A stretch of 64,000 nt of DNA from Candidatus Daviesbacteria bacterium (GTDB taxonomy: Bacteria > Patescibacteriota > Microgenomatia > Daviesbacterales > UBA10151), in contig JACPKL010000010.1 of NCBI GenBank assembly GCA_016187035.1, positions 26,014 to 90,013 of the forward strand. The letters run 5' to 3'. Shown here one piece after another: positions 8,904 through 17,097 of the stretch (the first letter of the stretch is position 1; the number at the start of each line of letters is the position of its first letter). Below the pieces are notes generated by a model. It searched no databases. It was not told the origin of the DNA and was given only the letters and a program-made list of their open reading frames with translations. The position numbers and the translations under genes are program-made.

Positions 8904-10094
8904 TTAGTAACTCACTTTGGATCCCTCCGGGACAGTTTGAATCCATATTTGCCCTCTGTTAAATTGAATTTCACGACCATTCATATCAACATATTTAGTC
9001 CTTGAAATCCTTGATTGTTTAATCCATTTACCTTCTATGACATTACCATCCATAAAAAATAAGGCTTTACCTGAACCAGTTGTACCATAAAGTAGATGAA
9101 CATTCCCAGGGTAACCATCATTAGCATTTGACTCCCTTTCAAACTGTATTACTATCATCTTAGGTGTTAATTGGGTGTTTTTGTTTAAATCCATATGAGG
9201 AATACCTCCATTGTTCCTTTTATAGGTATTAGTAGTAGCGTCATAGTTCCACTCCACATTATAAGCTGGCTGATTTTCCCAGAAATTAACTTGAATTTTA
9301 TTGGTTTTCCCTTCGGAATTTCTATCCTCTTTAAAACTCCAAGGGGTAAATTTTTTATCCCATTTCATACCTGCTGAATCAGTGGCTGTCCAACCTCTTT
9401 TAGCTCCAATTTCCCATAGTTTCTGAGTGGTAGAATACATGGTATGTTCTGTTGCTACAGAATGACCCAGTCTTTGATAATCCCTCCAAAATACTGGAAA
9501 ACCTATTGAGAACTGATTAAGATCTTTAACCTCATATTTAATAATCCGACCTAAGGCATCTGCCGGTCCAGGAGTATTTGCTCCACCAACATGAGCATAT
9601 AAGGCATCATATTCTCCTAACCAATCCAAAAAATAGGTCCTGGCTGACCTAACTGGTCCAACTTGTGCATCTGATAAATTACAATAAAATAGAGCCATAA
9701 AACGGGTAATCCCCCCCTCAGCTACAGCTTCATATACAACATCAGCTGAAGACAACCCTGATTGAGGTCTAGCTTCAGAATGATTTTCAATCATCACCGC
9801 CAAAGGTCTTCTTTTTTCCCAAAACTCACGGGCTTTTTTAGTGTGCTTAAACCCATTTAAAGGACAAATTTCAGTTTTGGGTTCATTAGGATCTTCTTCT
9901 GTAATACTTGAAGCACTAGGTAATTTTGATTTTGAAGTATCCTGACTTATTGATGGAGTCTGGCTAGCAACTTTGCTAAAAATAGCATAAGAAACACTAG
10001 CAGAACTACCATATAATAAGGTTGATAAAATTATCAATACTAAAATTTTTTGCAAATTTGTTAATCCTTGAAATATTTCTGTTACTTTATTCAT
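8904..10094 (-). CDS. DUF3048-family (YerB-like) secreted or membrane-anchored protein
   Basis: 396 aa with an N-terminal TM/signal segment. RPLAVMIENHSEARPQSGLSSADVVYEAVAEGGITRFMALFY is the characteristic DUF3048 N-terminal block. Confidence 0.7.
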   Translation of the reverse strand: MNKVTEIFQGLTNLQKILVLIILSTLLYGSSASVSYAIFSKVASQTPSISQDTSKSKLPSASSITEEDPNEPKTEICPLNGFKHTKKAREFWEKRRPLAVMIENHSEARPQSGLSSADVVYEAVAEGGITRFMALFYCNLSDAQVGPVRSARTYFLDWLGEYDALYAHVGGANTPGPADALGRIIKYEVKDLNQFSIGFPVFWRDYQRLGHSVATEHTMYSTTQKLWEIGAKRGWTATDSAGMKWDKKFTPWSFKEDRNSEGKTNKIQVNFWENQPAYNVEWNYDATTNTYKRNNGGIPHMDLNKNTQLTPKMIVIQFERESNANDGYPGNVHLLYGTTGSGKALFFMDGNVIEGKWIKQSRISRTKYVDMNGREIQFNRGQIWIQTVPEGSKVSY

Positions 10095-10218
10095 CTCTTA
10101 TTGCTCTTTCCACTACTTGCTGTTCTTCTTTTGATTGTTTCCAAATAAAAAAACTTAGTGCTCCCAACCAAAGCGTTAAAATCCCTAATGCAAACGGGCC
10201 AACCCAATCCGAATACAT
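10087..10218 (-). CDS. small membrane protein (43 aa), not in ORF track
   Basis: The minus-strand ORF reads MYSDWVGPFALGILTLWLGALSFFIWKQSKEEQQVVERAIRDE*, with one TM helix. Its stop overlaps the start of the DUF3048 gene (gATGAATAA). Confidence 0.4.
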   Translation of the reverse strand: MYSDWVGPFALGILTLWLGALSFFIWKQSKEEQQVVERAIRDE

Positions 10219-10301
10219 AAGTTACTCTTTAACTATACCTAGCCCAAAAAAAATTGTCAATGATAACTCTATAAACCCATAGTTTTAGCTTCAACTAGTG
10301 C

Positions 10302-10340
10302 TTGACACGCACAATTGAACATGCTAGGCTCAATTGTGCG
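10302..10340 (+). promoter_or_regulatory. promoter overlapped by an 11-bp perfect inverted repeat (candidate operator)
   Basis: TTGACA (10302-10307), a 17-nt spacer, then TAGGCT (10325-10330). The inverted repeat is cgcacaattga (10308-10318) and tcaattgtgcg (10330-10340). An AAGGGA SD lies 6 nt before the ATG at 10353. Confidence 0.5.
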
Positions 10341-10352
10341 TAAGGGAATTAC

Positions 10353-10649
10353 ATGGCTCTTCACCAGATTAAGAAACAATCAGATTTGGATAAACGATTA
10401 AAATTAATTCGTCAACAAATATATGGCAGAGAAACAGTATTAAGTAAAACTGGACTAACTTCGCAAAATCATTATCAAGCAGCAGTGGAAGACAAAAAAA
10501 ATGCTAAATACATGATATCTAATGTAGAAATAGGCAACTTTTATCAAGATCTTTTCAAAATCGGCATCTTTGCCAGTCTCGCAATAGGCAGCCAAGTTAT
10601 TCTATTTATCTTAATGAAAAATCACGTCTTGAATCTAAATTTCTTTTGA
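10353..10649 (+). CDS. hypothetical small protein with C-terminal TM helix
   Basis: 98 aa with an SD-like AAGGGA upstream and the C-terminal hydrophobic segment IGIFASLAIGSQVILFILM. Confidence 0.5.
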   Translation: MALHQIKKQSDLDKRLKLIRQQIYGRETVLSKTGLTSQNHYQAAVEDKKNAKYMISNVEIGNFYQDLFKIGIFASLAIGSQVILFILMKNHVLNLNFF

Positions 10650-10669
10650 AGGGAGGTGAATTAATAGTT

Positions 10670-10807
10670 ATGCAAATGTATTGTGTTAAATGTAGACAAA
10701 AAAGAGATGCAACAAATGTACAAGAAGTTACCATGAAAAATGGCAAAAAAGCTTCAAAAGGTACTTGTCCAGTTTGTGGAACTTCAATGTTTAAGATTGG
10801 TGGTTAA
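10670..10807 (+). CDS. small zinc-ribbon protein (DUF5679-like), not in ORF track
   Basis: The ORF reads MQMYCVKCRQKRDATNVQEVTMKNGKKASKGTCPVCGTSMFKIGG*, with CxxC...CxxC. A strong SD (GGGAGGTGA, 10651-10659) precedes it and a terminator follows. Confidence 0.7.
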   Translation: MQMYCVKCRQKRDATNVQEVTMKNGKKASKGTCPVCGTSMFKIGG

Positions 10808-10845
10808 ATTTTGGTATTCTAAAGCTTTAGAATTCACCATCTTGA

Positions 10846-10874
10846 AAAAGGGTCTGAGTTCAGACCCTTTTTCG
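10846..10874. terminator. bidirectional rho-independent terminator
   Basis: aaaaaGGGTCTGAgttCAGACCCtttttc lies between the convergent genes ending at 10807 (+) and 10883 (-). Confidence 0.8.
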
Positions 10875-10882
10875 TTAATAAA

Positions 10883-12412
10883 TCATAAATCCTCTCTTGA
10901 TCTATATTGCAAAGCCTCTGCAATATGTTCAGTTAAAATACTCTCTGATGCTGATAAATCAGCAATCGTTCTTCCTAACTTTAGCACACGATGATAACCT
11001 CTAGCAGAAAGGTTCAAAGAAGATACCGCCATCTTCAAAAGTTCTAATCCTTCTTCAGTCACACTACAAAACTCTCTGATGCCAGCATTTGTCATTTCAG
11101 AATTAGTTAAAATTCTGCCTTTAAATCTTTCTTGTTGGATATCTCTTGCTAGTTTCACTCTTGCTCGAATATCTTTAGAACTTTCCATGGTTAGATGTGA
11201 AGACAGTTCATCTACTTCGACTGTCGGCACCTCCAAATAAATATCAATCCTGTCTAAAAGCGGTCCTGAGATTCTTCGTTTATATTTAGCAATTTGTCCA
11301 GGCATACAAGAACAATTCCTTCTTTTATCTCCCAAAAAACCACAAGGACAAGGATTTTGTGCAGCAAATAAAATAAATTGTGCAGGAAAAGTTAAAGAAC
11401 CTGATGAACGAGAAACGGTTATTTTATGATCTTCTAATGGTTGTCTTAAGGACTCTAAAACAGATCTGGGAAACTCTGGCAATTCGTCCAAAAAGAGTAT
11501 ACCTCGATGAGAAAGTGAAATCTCTCCAGGCCTAATTGTATTTCCACCACCTAACAACCCTGCTGCTGAAGCTGTGTGGTGAGGAGTCCTGAAAGGACGT
11601 TGACTAATCAGTGATTTCCCTGAATCTAATAAGCCAGCAATTGAATAAATTTTTGTAACTTCAATTGCCTCATCTAAACTTAAAGACGGCAAGATAGATG
11701 GAAACGCTCTAGCTAACATTGTTTTCCCTGCTCCTGGAGGACCTTTTAACAAAATATTATGCGCTCCAGCTGCAGCAATCTCCAAAGCTCTTTTTGCTTG
11801 CTCTTGACCTTTTATTTGAGAGAAATCATATTCATATTCATCAGTTTCATTGATATTAAGAATATTTCCTTTAATTGGTTCAATATCTAATTGACCTAGT
11901 AAAAATTTAATTAAATCTTGTAAGGAATTAACAGGTAACACTTCCAATCCTCCAATTATACTGGCTTCAACAGCATTATCTTTTGGGACTATTATCCTTT
12001 TTATTTTTCTATTCTTCGCCAAAATTGCCAACGGTAAAATTCCATTAGTTCTCCTTAAAGTTCCATCTAATGACAATTCTCCTATTACTAAACTATTTTG
12101 GATGTCATCGATTTGATTCAGCGGTATTTGCCCAGAAGCAGTTAGAATCCCTAGGGCAATCGGCAAATCGTAAGCTGGTCCTTCTTTTGGTAAATCAGCC
12201 GGAGCCAAATTAACAGTTATCTTTTTAGACGGAAAGTCAGCTTTACAGTTTCTTATTGCAGATCTAACTCTATCTCTACTCTCTTCCACAGCTCTATCAG
12301 CTAATCCAACAATGGTAAAAGAAGGCAACCCAGATGAAGCAATATCTACTTCGCAAACTACAGGCACTGTATCCAATCCTATATTAGCCCCAGAAAGAAC
12401 CTTGGAAAACAT
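10883..12412 (-). CDS. comM: YifB/ComM family Mg-chelatase-like AAA+ ATPase
   Basis: 509 aa with a Lon-like N-terminal domain, Walker A GPPGAGKTMLA, a cysteine cluster (CPCGF...CSC) and a C-terminal ChlI-like domain. Confidence 0.85.
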   Translation of the reverse strand: MFSKVLSGANIGLDTVPVVCEVDIASSGLPSFTIVGLADRAVEESRDRVRSAIRNCKADFPSKKITVNLAPADLPKEGPAYDLPIALGILTASGQIPLNQIDDIQNSLVIGELSLDGTLRRTNGILPLAILAKNRKIKRIIVPKDNAVEASIIGGLEVLPVNSLQDLIKFLLGQLDIEPIKGNILNINETDEYEYDFSQIKGQEQAKRALEIAAAGAHNILLKGPPGAGKTMLARAFPSILPSLSLDEAIEVTKIYSIAGLLDSGKSLISQRPFRTPHHTASAAGLLGGGNTIRPGEISLSHRGILFLDELPEFPRSVLESLRQPLEDHKITVSRSSGSLTFPAQFILFAAQNPCPCGFLGDKRRNCSCMPGQIAKYKRRISGPLLDRIDIYLEVPTVEVDELSSHLTMESSKDIRARVKLARDIQQERFKGRILTNSEMTNAGIREFCSVTEEGLELLKMAVSSLNLSARGYHRVLKLGRTIADLSASESILTEHIAEALQYRSREDL

Positions 12413-12447
12413 TGATAGTAAGACTATTATATAGTAAAATATAGCGG

Positions 12448-12712
12448 CCTAGGAAGAAGGATGATTATCCCGCACTAAATTGATGAGGGAAGGAAAGTCC
12501 AGACAGCGTAGAGTAGGGTGGTTACTGCAAGGTAACGGTCGCAAGATCCAGTTAGAGCAACAGTGACGAACCGAGGTTATGCTCGGGTGAAACGTGGCAA
12601 TCCTCCCCGCTGCAATCCTAGAACCGACAGGACTACTCGTCCATTTGTCGAAGTAAGGAGCATTAGATAAATTATCATCTTGTAACAGAATCTGGCTTAC
12701 TATCTTCCTAGG
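12448..12712 (+). ncRNA. rnpB: RNase P RNA (bacterial type A-like, reduced size ~265 nt)
   Basis: The universally conserved blocks are present: GGAAAGTCCagaC (P4 5' side), GGGTGAAA and ACAGAATCTGGCTTA (P4 3' side). The terminal helix pairs cctaggaagaag with cttcctagg. ORF 12449..12715(-) is an artefact of this RNA. Confidence 0.85.
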
Positions 12713-12714
12713 CA

Positions 12715-13683
12715 CTAAACCTTCTTTCCTTCAATTATTTCATTTACGACAATATATGCAACCACAGCAATAGGTACTGCCAATAATGCTCCCATGAACC
12801 CTAAAAGCCTTGAACCTATTGCGATTGCTAAAATCACAACTAGAGGATTTAATCCCACAGCCCTTTTCATCACCTGGGGGACAATCAAATGGTTTTCCAA
12901 CTGTTGAATTACGAAATACATAGCTGTTGTGCCTATACCCAAGATAGGGGAAATTGTTAATGCTATTAAAATCGTTGGTATTGCTGAAATAATTGGACCA
13001 ATTACCGGAACTACTTCCAAAACTCCTGCAACTACTGCTAGAGGCAAGGCGTATGGAATTCCTAGAATCAATAGTCCAATATAAGTTAATATACCAATAA
13101 CCAAACTTAAGAATAACTGTCCCCTAAACCAACCACCTAGCTTTTCCTCTATTTGAATTATCAATCTTTTAATCCTTACCTCTTTCCCTATAAATAAAGC
13201 GGCAGACCGATCTTCTAAATTTTCTCGCTCTAACATTAGATAGAAGGTTAAAACAAGAAGAAATATAATTGTTAAGAGATTATCAAATATAGAAAGTGTA
13301 ATAGATAAAGCACTTTTTGATAAAGCGCTTAATTGCGCTTGAAGAACTGATTTATCTATTGCTGCCATTTCAAGCAACTGATCTAGATATGGAGGAAGAG
13401 TCAAAAAAAGTTTCCTGGTTTCTTCTAACAGAGGAGGTATCACAAGCACCAGCAACCCTGAGACTAAGGCTATAATAATAATGTAGGTTATAGCAATACT
13501 TAATGATTTAGGAACTCTATATTTAGTCAAAAACTTAACCAAAGGAGATAAAGCAGACATTAAGATTACTGCTATGAATAAAATAATTAGTAAATCCCTA
13601 ATTAAATAGATTAACCAAATACCCAATACGAACACGGCAATAAAAATAACCGTCTTATGAGAAACATCAATCTTTTGCGCCAT
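12715..13683 (-). CDS. AI-2E family transporter (PerM/UPF0118)
   Basis: 322 aa with ~8 TM segments and the C-terminal conserved block VPVIGPIISAIP...IVPQVM...GLNPLVVILA. Confidence 0.8.
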   Translation of the reverse strand: MAQKIDVSHKTVIFIAVFVLGIWLIYLIRDLLIILFIAVILMSALSPLVKFLTKYRVPKSLSIAITYIIIIALVSGLLVLVIPPLLEETRKLFLTLPPYLDQLLEMAAIDKSVLQAQLSALSKSALSITLSIFDNLLTIIFLLVLTFYLMLERENLEDRSAALFIGKEVRIKRLIIQIEEKLGGWFRGQLFLSLVIGILTYIGLLILGIPYALPLAVVAGVLEVVPVIGPIISAIPTILIALTISPILGIGTTAMYFVIQQLENHLIVPQVMKRAVGLNPLVVILAIAIGSRLLGFMGALLAVPIAVVAYIVVNEIIEGKKV

Positions 13684-13689
13684 AGATAT

Positions 13690-14670
13690 TTAAAAAGAAT
13701 CATACCATGAGCGTACTAATTTTTCTATCTTATTCAAATAATTCAAATCTGTAATATCAAACCAATTTACATCTTTTTCTTTTTTAAACCATGTCATTTG
13801 TCTACGAATATAATCATGAATCTTCAATTGTAAAACTTTAATAAGTTCATCCTGAGTCTGAATTCTTCCCTCTAAATAATCAGCTAAAACTCCATATTCT
13901 AACCCTAGTTGTTTCATCCTATCTAAACTCAAACCATTTTTATGAAGATTTTCCGATTCTTCAATCATTCCTAGCTTAATTCTACCCACTACATGCTTAT
14001 CCGACCTTTGGTATAAAATTTCCCTATCAGTAATTAATCCAATTTTTAAAGTATTATAGTTTTGAGATTTGAATTGTAGTTTTGAGTTTTGACATTTGAG
14101 TTTTGAGTTTATCATTATCTCTATTGCTCTGATCAATCTTCTGGGATTTTGCCTATCAGATATATTAAGACTATTCCATTTATCAGGAGAGATATCCTGC
14201 AGTTTTTGTTGTAACTTCTTTACTTTTAAATCGTTTAATTGTTTTCTTAAGTTTTGATCAATAGGTATTGATAAATTAGGCAAACCTTCTAATAATGCTT
14301 TAAGATATAATCCAGTGCCCCCTGCTATTATAGGTAACTTTCTTCTATTAAGAATTCCAAAGATTACTTTATTGGCATCTTTAATATAATCATAAACTGT
14401 ATATTGTTTTTTAGGAACCACCACATCATACTGCCAGATCTTGACCCCCTCCACCTCCCACCTCCCTTTACTTTTTTCCACTCTTAACTGTTTATTGCGT
14501 AAGCAACAAACTTGTTTATTTGGCATTTTCCCTGTACCAAGATCCAATCCCATATAAACCTGCCTTGAATCACAAGAGATTACCTCTCCATCAAACCTTT
14601 TAGCTAAGTATAAAGCTAGATCTGTCTTACCTGTTGAAGTAGGCCCTAAAATTATTAATAATTTTCCCAT
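13690..14670 (-). CDS. miaA: tRNA dimethylallyltransferase MiaA (with two lineage-specific insertions)
   Basis: P-loop GPTSTGKTDLAL, then DSRQVYMGLDLGTGK, PIIAGGTGLY, RRLIRAIE and RRQMTWF. Confidence 0.85.
   Translation of the reverse strand: MGKLLIILGPTSTGKTDLALYLAKRFDGEVISCDSRQVYMGLDLGTGKMPNKQVCCLRNKQLRVEKSKGRWEVEGVKIWQYDVVVPKKQYTVYDYIKDANKVIFGILNRRKLPIIAGGTGLYLKALLEGLPNLSIPIDQNLRKQLNDLKVKKLQQKLQDISPDKWNSLNISDRQNPRRLIRAIEIMINSKLKCQNSKLQFKSQNYNTLKIGLITDREILYQRSDKHVVGRIKLGMIEESENLHKNGLSLDRMKQLGLEYGVLADYLEGRIQTQDELIKVLQLKIHDYIRRQMTWFKKEKDVNWFDITDLNYLNKIEKLVRSWYDSF
14060..14110 (-). repeat. tandem ~7-nt repeat (TTTTGAN units) inside miaA coding sequence
   Basis: The plus strand reads ttttgag atttgaa ttgtag ttttgag ttttgac atttgag ttttgag. 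It is translated as KLKCQNSKLQFKSQN. A related array lies in mltG at 63098-63127. Confidence 0.6.
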
Positions 14671-14684
14671 GAATGTATTATCCT

Positions 14685-15845
14685 TTAAAGAACGTGTCCA
14701 TTTTGAATAAAGATTAGCGAAAGAATTATTAGTAGAACAGAGGACAGCAATATCCAGATATAAAGAAATATCTTATTGTTTGAAAATATGGCTAAAACTA
14801 AATACATAGGAAATAAAGTCAATATATACCTCATCATACATATCCAAAAACTCATTGAATAATAAAAAAACAAATTAATGATCATAAATAATCCATAACT
14901 TATTCTTACTTTTACTAAAACATAGATAGACATAAATAATCCCAAAATAAAAGCTATGATTTGTCCATAACCTAACATAAGTCTATCTATGCCAGAACGC
15001 CAGGATATTGCTTTAAATGCATCTATTAATCCCTGTCCAAACGGAGAAAATCTTTCATACCAATGTTGATTTTGTATGATTGTAAAATAGAAAAAGTTTC
15101 CCCAAAGGTAATAATTAATAGTTAAATAGACTAAGAATCCTGATAAAGAAATCAATAGACCAAATAATAAGATATGCTTATTATTTCGTAATGAAACATT
15201 TAAATAATTAAAAATATTCTTTTTCAAACTACCTTTGTTAAAAATTATTATTTCTAAAAATAAAGCTGGAATCAATGCTAACCCCGCTATTTTAGTTGCA
15301 GAAGCTAACCCTGCACAAATAAAGCTTAACCAGTATCGCTGTCTCCTTACAAAATAAAATGAACTAACAGTCAATGAAATAAATAATGGTTCTGTATATG
15401 GAATGTGAAGAAAAAAAGAGGTAGGAAATATAAATAACATTAAGATAGTCATATTTGCAACTCTTTTTGGGTAATCAATTAAAACCAATTTGTAAAGTAC
15501 AATCGACAGCAATATCGAAAACATAAATGAAGAAAGATATCCAGAAACTAAATAATTTACATTGAACAAAAACTTTAGTAAAAAAATTGATAAAGGAAAG
15601 AGAGGTAAAAGAATAATAAAATTAGCCTCATCTCCTAACTTTTGATATCCAAATTCTGCTACAGATATATAATGAGGCGCATCCCAAACATTCCATAATT
15701 GCCAAATATTTAAATTAGAAGCCCTAGAATTAACAATTAAATTCGTTGATAATTCTGCAATTATAAAGAGAACTATTATTTTGCTAATTAGGGCAATTAG
15801 AATAGGTATATAATATTGTTTGATAAATTGATATAAAACACTCAT
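14685..15845 (-). CDS. GT-C-type polytopic membrane glycosyltransferase (PIG-V-like mannosyltransferase family)
   Basis: 386 aa, multi-TM. The loop motif WNVWDAPHYISVAEFGY resembles the W-D-x2-Y-x-IA-x-GY signature of PIG-V-like enzymes. A paralogous motif occurs in 19979..21376. Confidence 0.6.
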   Translation of the reverse strand: MSVLYQFIKQYYIPILIALISKIIVLFIIAELSTNLIVNSRASNLNIWQLWNVWDAPHYISVAEFGYQKLGDEANFIILLPLFPLSIFLLKFLFNVNYLVSGYLSSFMFSILLSIVLYKLVLIDYPKRVANMTILMLFIFPTSFFLHIPYTEPLFISLTVSSFYFVRRQRYWLSFICAGLASATKIAGLALIPALFLEIIIFNKGSLKKNIFNYLNVSLRNNKHILLFGLLISLSGFLVYLTINYYLWGNFFYFTIIQNQHWYERFSPFGQGLIDAFKAISWRSGIDRLMLGYGQIIAFILGLFMSIYVLVKVRISYGLFMIINLFFYYSMSFWICMMRYILTLFPMYLVLAIFSNNKIFLYIWILLSSVLLIILSLIFIQNGHVL

Positions 15846-17093
15846 ATGAGACTTAATAATAAGTTATTATACCCTTCTATTATCTTTTTCTTAAGTTTTT
15901 CCTTTTATTTTATTTTCGCTGGCAGGTTTAAGTTCGTTTTTCCCACTACCATCTATAATTACTTCAATTTTCTGTCAGAAGCTTTTTTGCACAAAAGTCT
16001 TTCTTTCGTCTCCAGACCTCCTTATTTACATGACCTAATAACTTTTAATAGTAGAATCTATGTATATTGGGGACCAGCACCAGTACTGGTGATAATTCCA
16101 TTTATTATCTTTTTCGGCAGAGAAGTTAGTGATGCTTTATATACATCTTTTATTGCTTCTTTTAATCCGTTAATTTTGTATTTTCTATTACAGCAATTAG
16201 AAAAAATCACTTTGATTAAAACTTCTAATTTCCAAAAATTTATTCTGTGCATTTTTTTTGCATTTGGTACGGTTCATTTTTATTTGTCAATCTTTGGAAC
16301 GGTTTGGTTTACTTCACAAGTTATTTCCATATTTTATTTATTACTGAGTTTACTGAGTATAACAAGATATTCAGATTCAAAAAATTTTATCACTTTACTT
16401 ATTGCAACAATGCTTTTTGGATTAGCCGTAAACGGTCGTTCAGCATTAATATTTTATACACCTCTATTTCTATCTTTATTAATAATCCCTTATCTTATCA
16501 ACAAACATTTTTGCCAACTTGCAAAACATATCATTCTTGTTATGTTTATAGGAATTATCTTCTTGACTGTAAACGCGTTTTATAATTATTTAAGATTTGG
16601 CTCTTTTTTTGAAAATGGCTATCGCTTTCACCGTTTTGCTGCTCATCTAGCCAATGATCAAAAAAGATACGGCTTTTTTAATTTATCCTATGTGCCTAAG
16701 AACTTTTATTACATGTTTACCAACTTTCCTAAACTGGTCGATAAATTCCCTTTCTTTCTATTTGACAAAGAAGGTAATAGCGTATTATTTACTTCACCTT
16801 TAGTTTTGATATCTATTTTTATTGTTAAGAGAAAACATTGGCAAAATAATAAATTAAAATTAATTAATTCCTCAATCCTGATAGGAATGTTATTAACAAT
16901 TGTACTGTTATTATACTTTTGGGGAACAGGATGGGTACAATTTGGTTATAGATACTTGCTAGATATCATACCATTCTTAATCATCCTGCTCGCTGAAGTT
17001 ATCTCTGAAGTTCCCATCATATTAACAATAATCTTATTGACAATATCTATATTAATCAATATTTTAGGAACCTTTTGGTTCCTAAACCTTTAA
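15846..17093 (+). CDS. polytopic membrane protein, GT-C/ArnT-PMT-like glycosyltransferase (by architecture)
   Basis: 415 aa with at least 10 hydrophobic segments and no soluble domain. The call rests on architecture and context only. Its start codon abuts the divergent neighbour (CAT|ATG at 15843-15848). Confidence 0.5.
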   Translation: MRLNNKLLYPSIIFFLSFSFYFIFAGRFKFVFPTTIYNYFNFLSEAFLHKSLSFVSRPPYLHDLITFNSRIYVYWGPAPVLVIIPFIIFFGREVSDALYTSFIASFNPLILYFLLQQLEKITLIKTSNFQKFILCIFFAFGTVHFYLSIFGTVWFTSQVISIFYLLLSLLSITRYSDSKNFITLLIATMLFGLAVNGRSALIFYTPLFLSLLIIPYLINKHFCQLAKHIILVMFIGIIFLTVNAFYNYLRFGSFFENGYRFHRFAAHLANDQKRYGFFNLSYVPKNFYYMFTNFPKLVDKFPFFLFDKEGNSVLFTSPLVLISIFIVKRKHWQNNKLKLINSSILIGMLLTIVLLLYFWGTGWVQFGYRYLLDIIPFLIILLAEVISEVPIILTIILLTISILINILGTFWFLNL

Positions 17094-17097
17094 TCAA

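Noticed and set aside
12449-12715. An 88-aa minus-strand ORF from the ORF track.
   Set aside because: It lies antisense to, and entirely within, the RNase P RNA, whose conserved P4 strands and closing helix are on the plus strand. The open frame is a by-product of the GC-rich structured RNA.
16247-16585. A 112-aa ORF in an alternative frame, and the other short ORFs nested in long CDSs (e.g. 1855-2163, 5189-5395, 25696-25962, 36888-37235, 49128-49409, 59687-60016).
   Set aside because: All are embedded in, or antisense to, strongly supported genes. Their translations are low-complexity, as is typical of AT-rich antisense frames.
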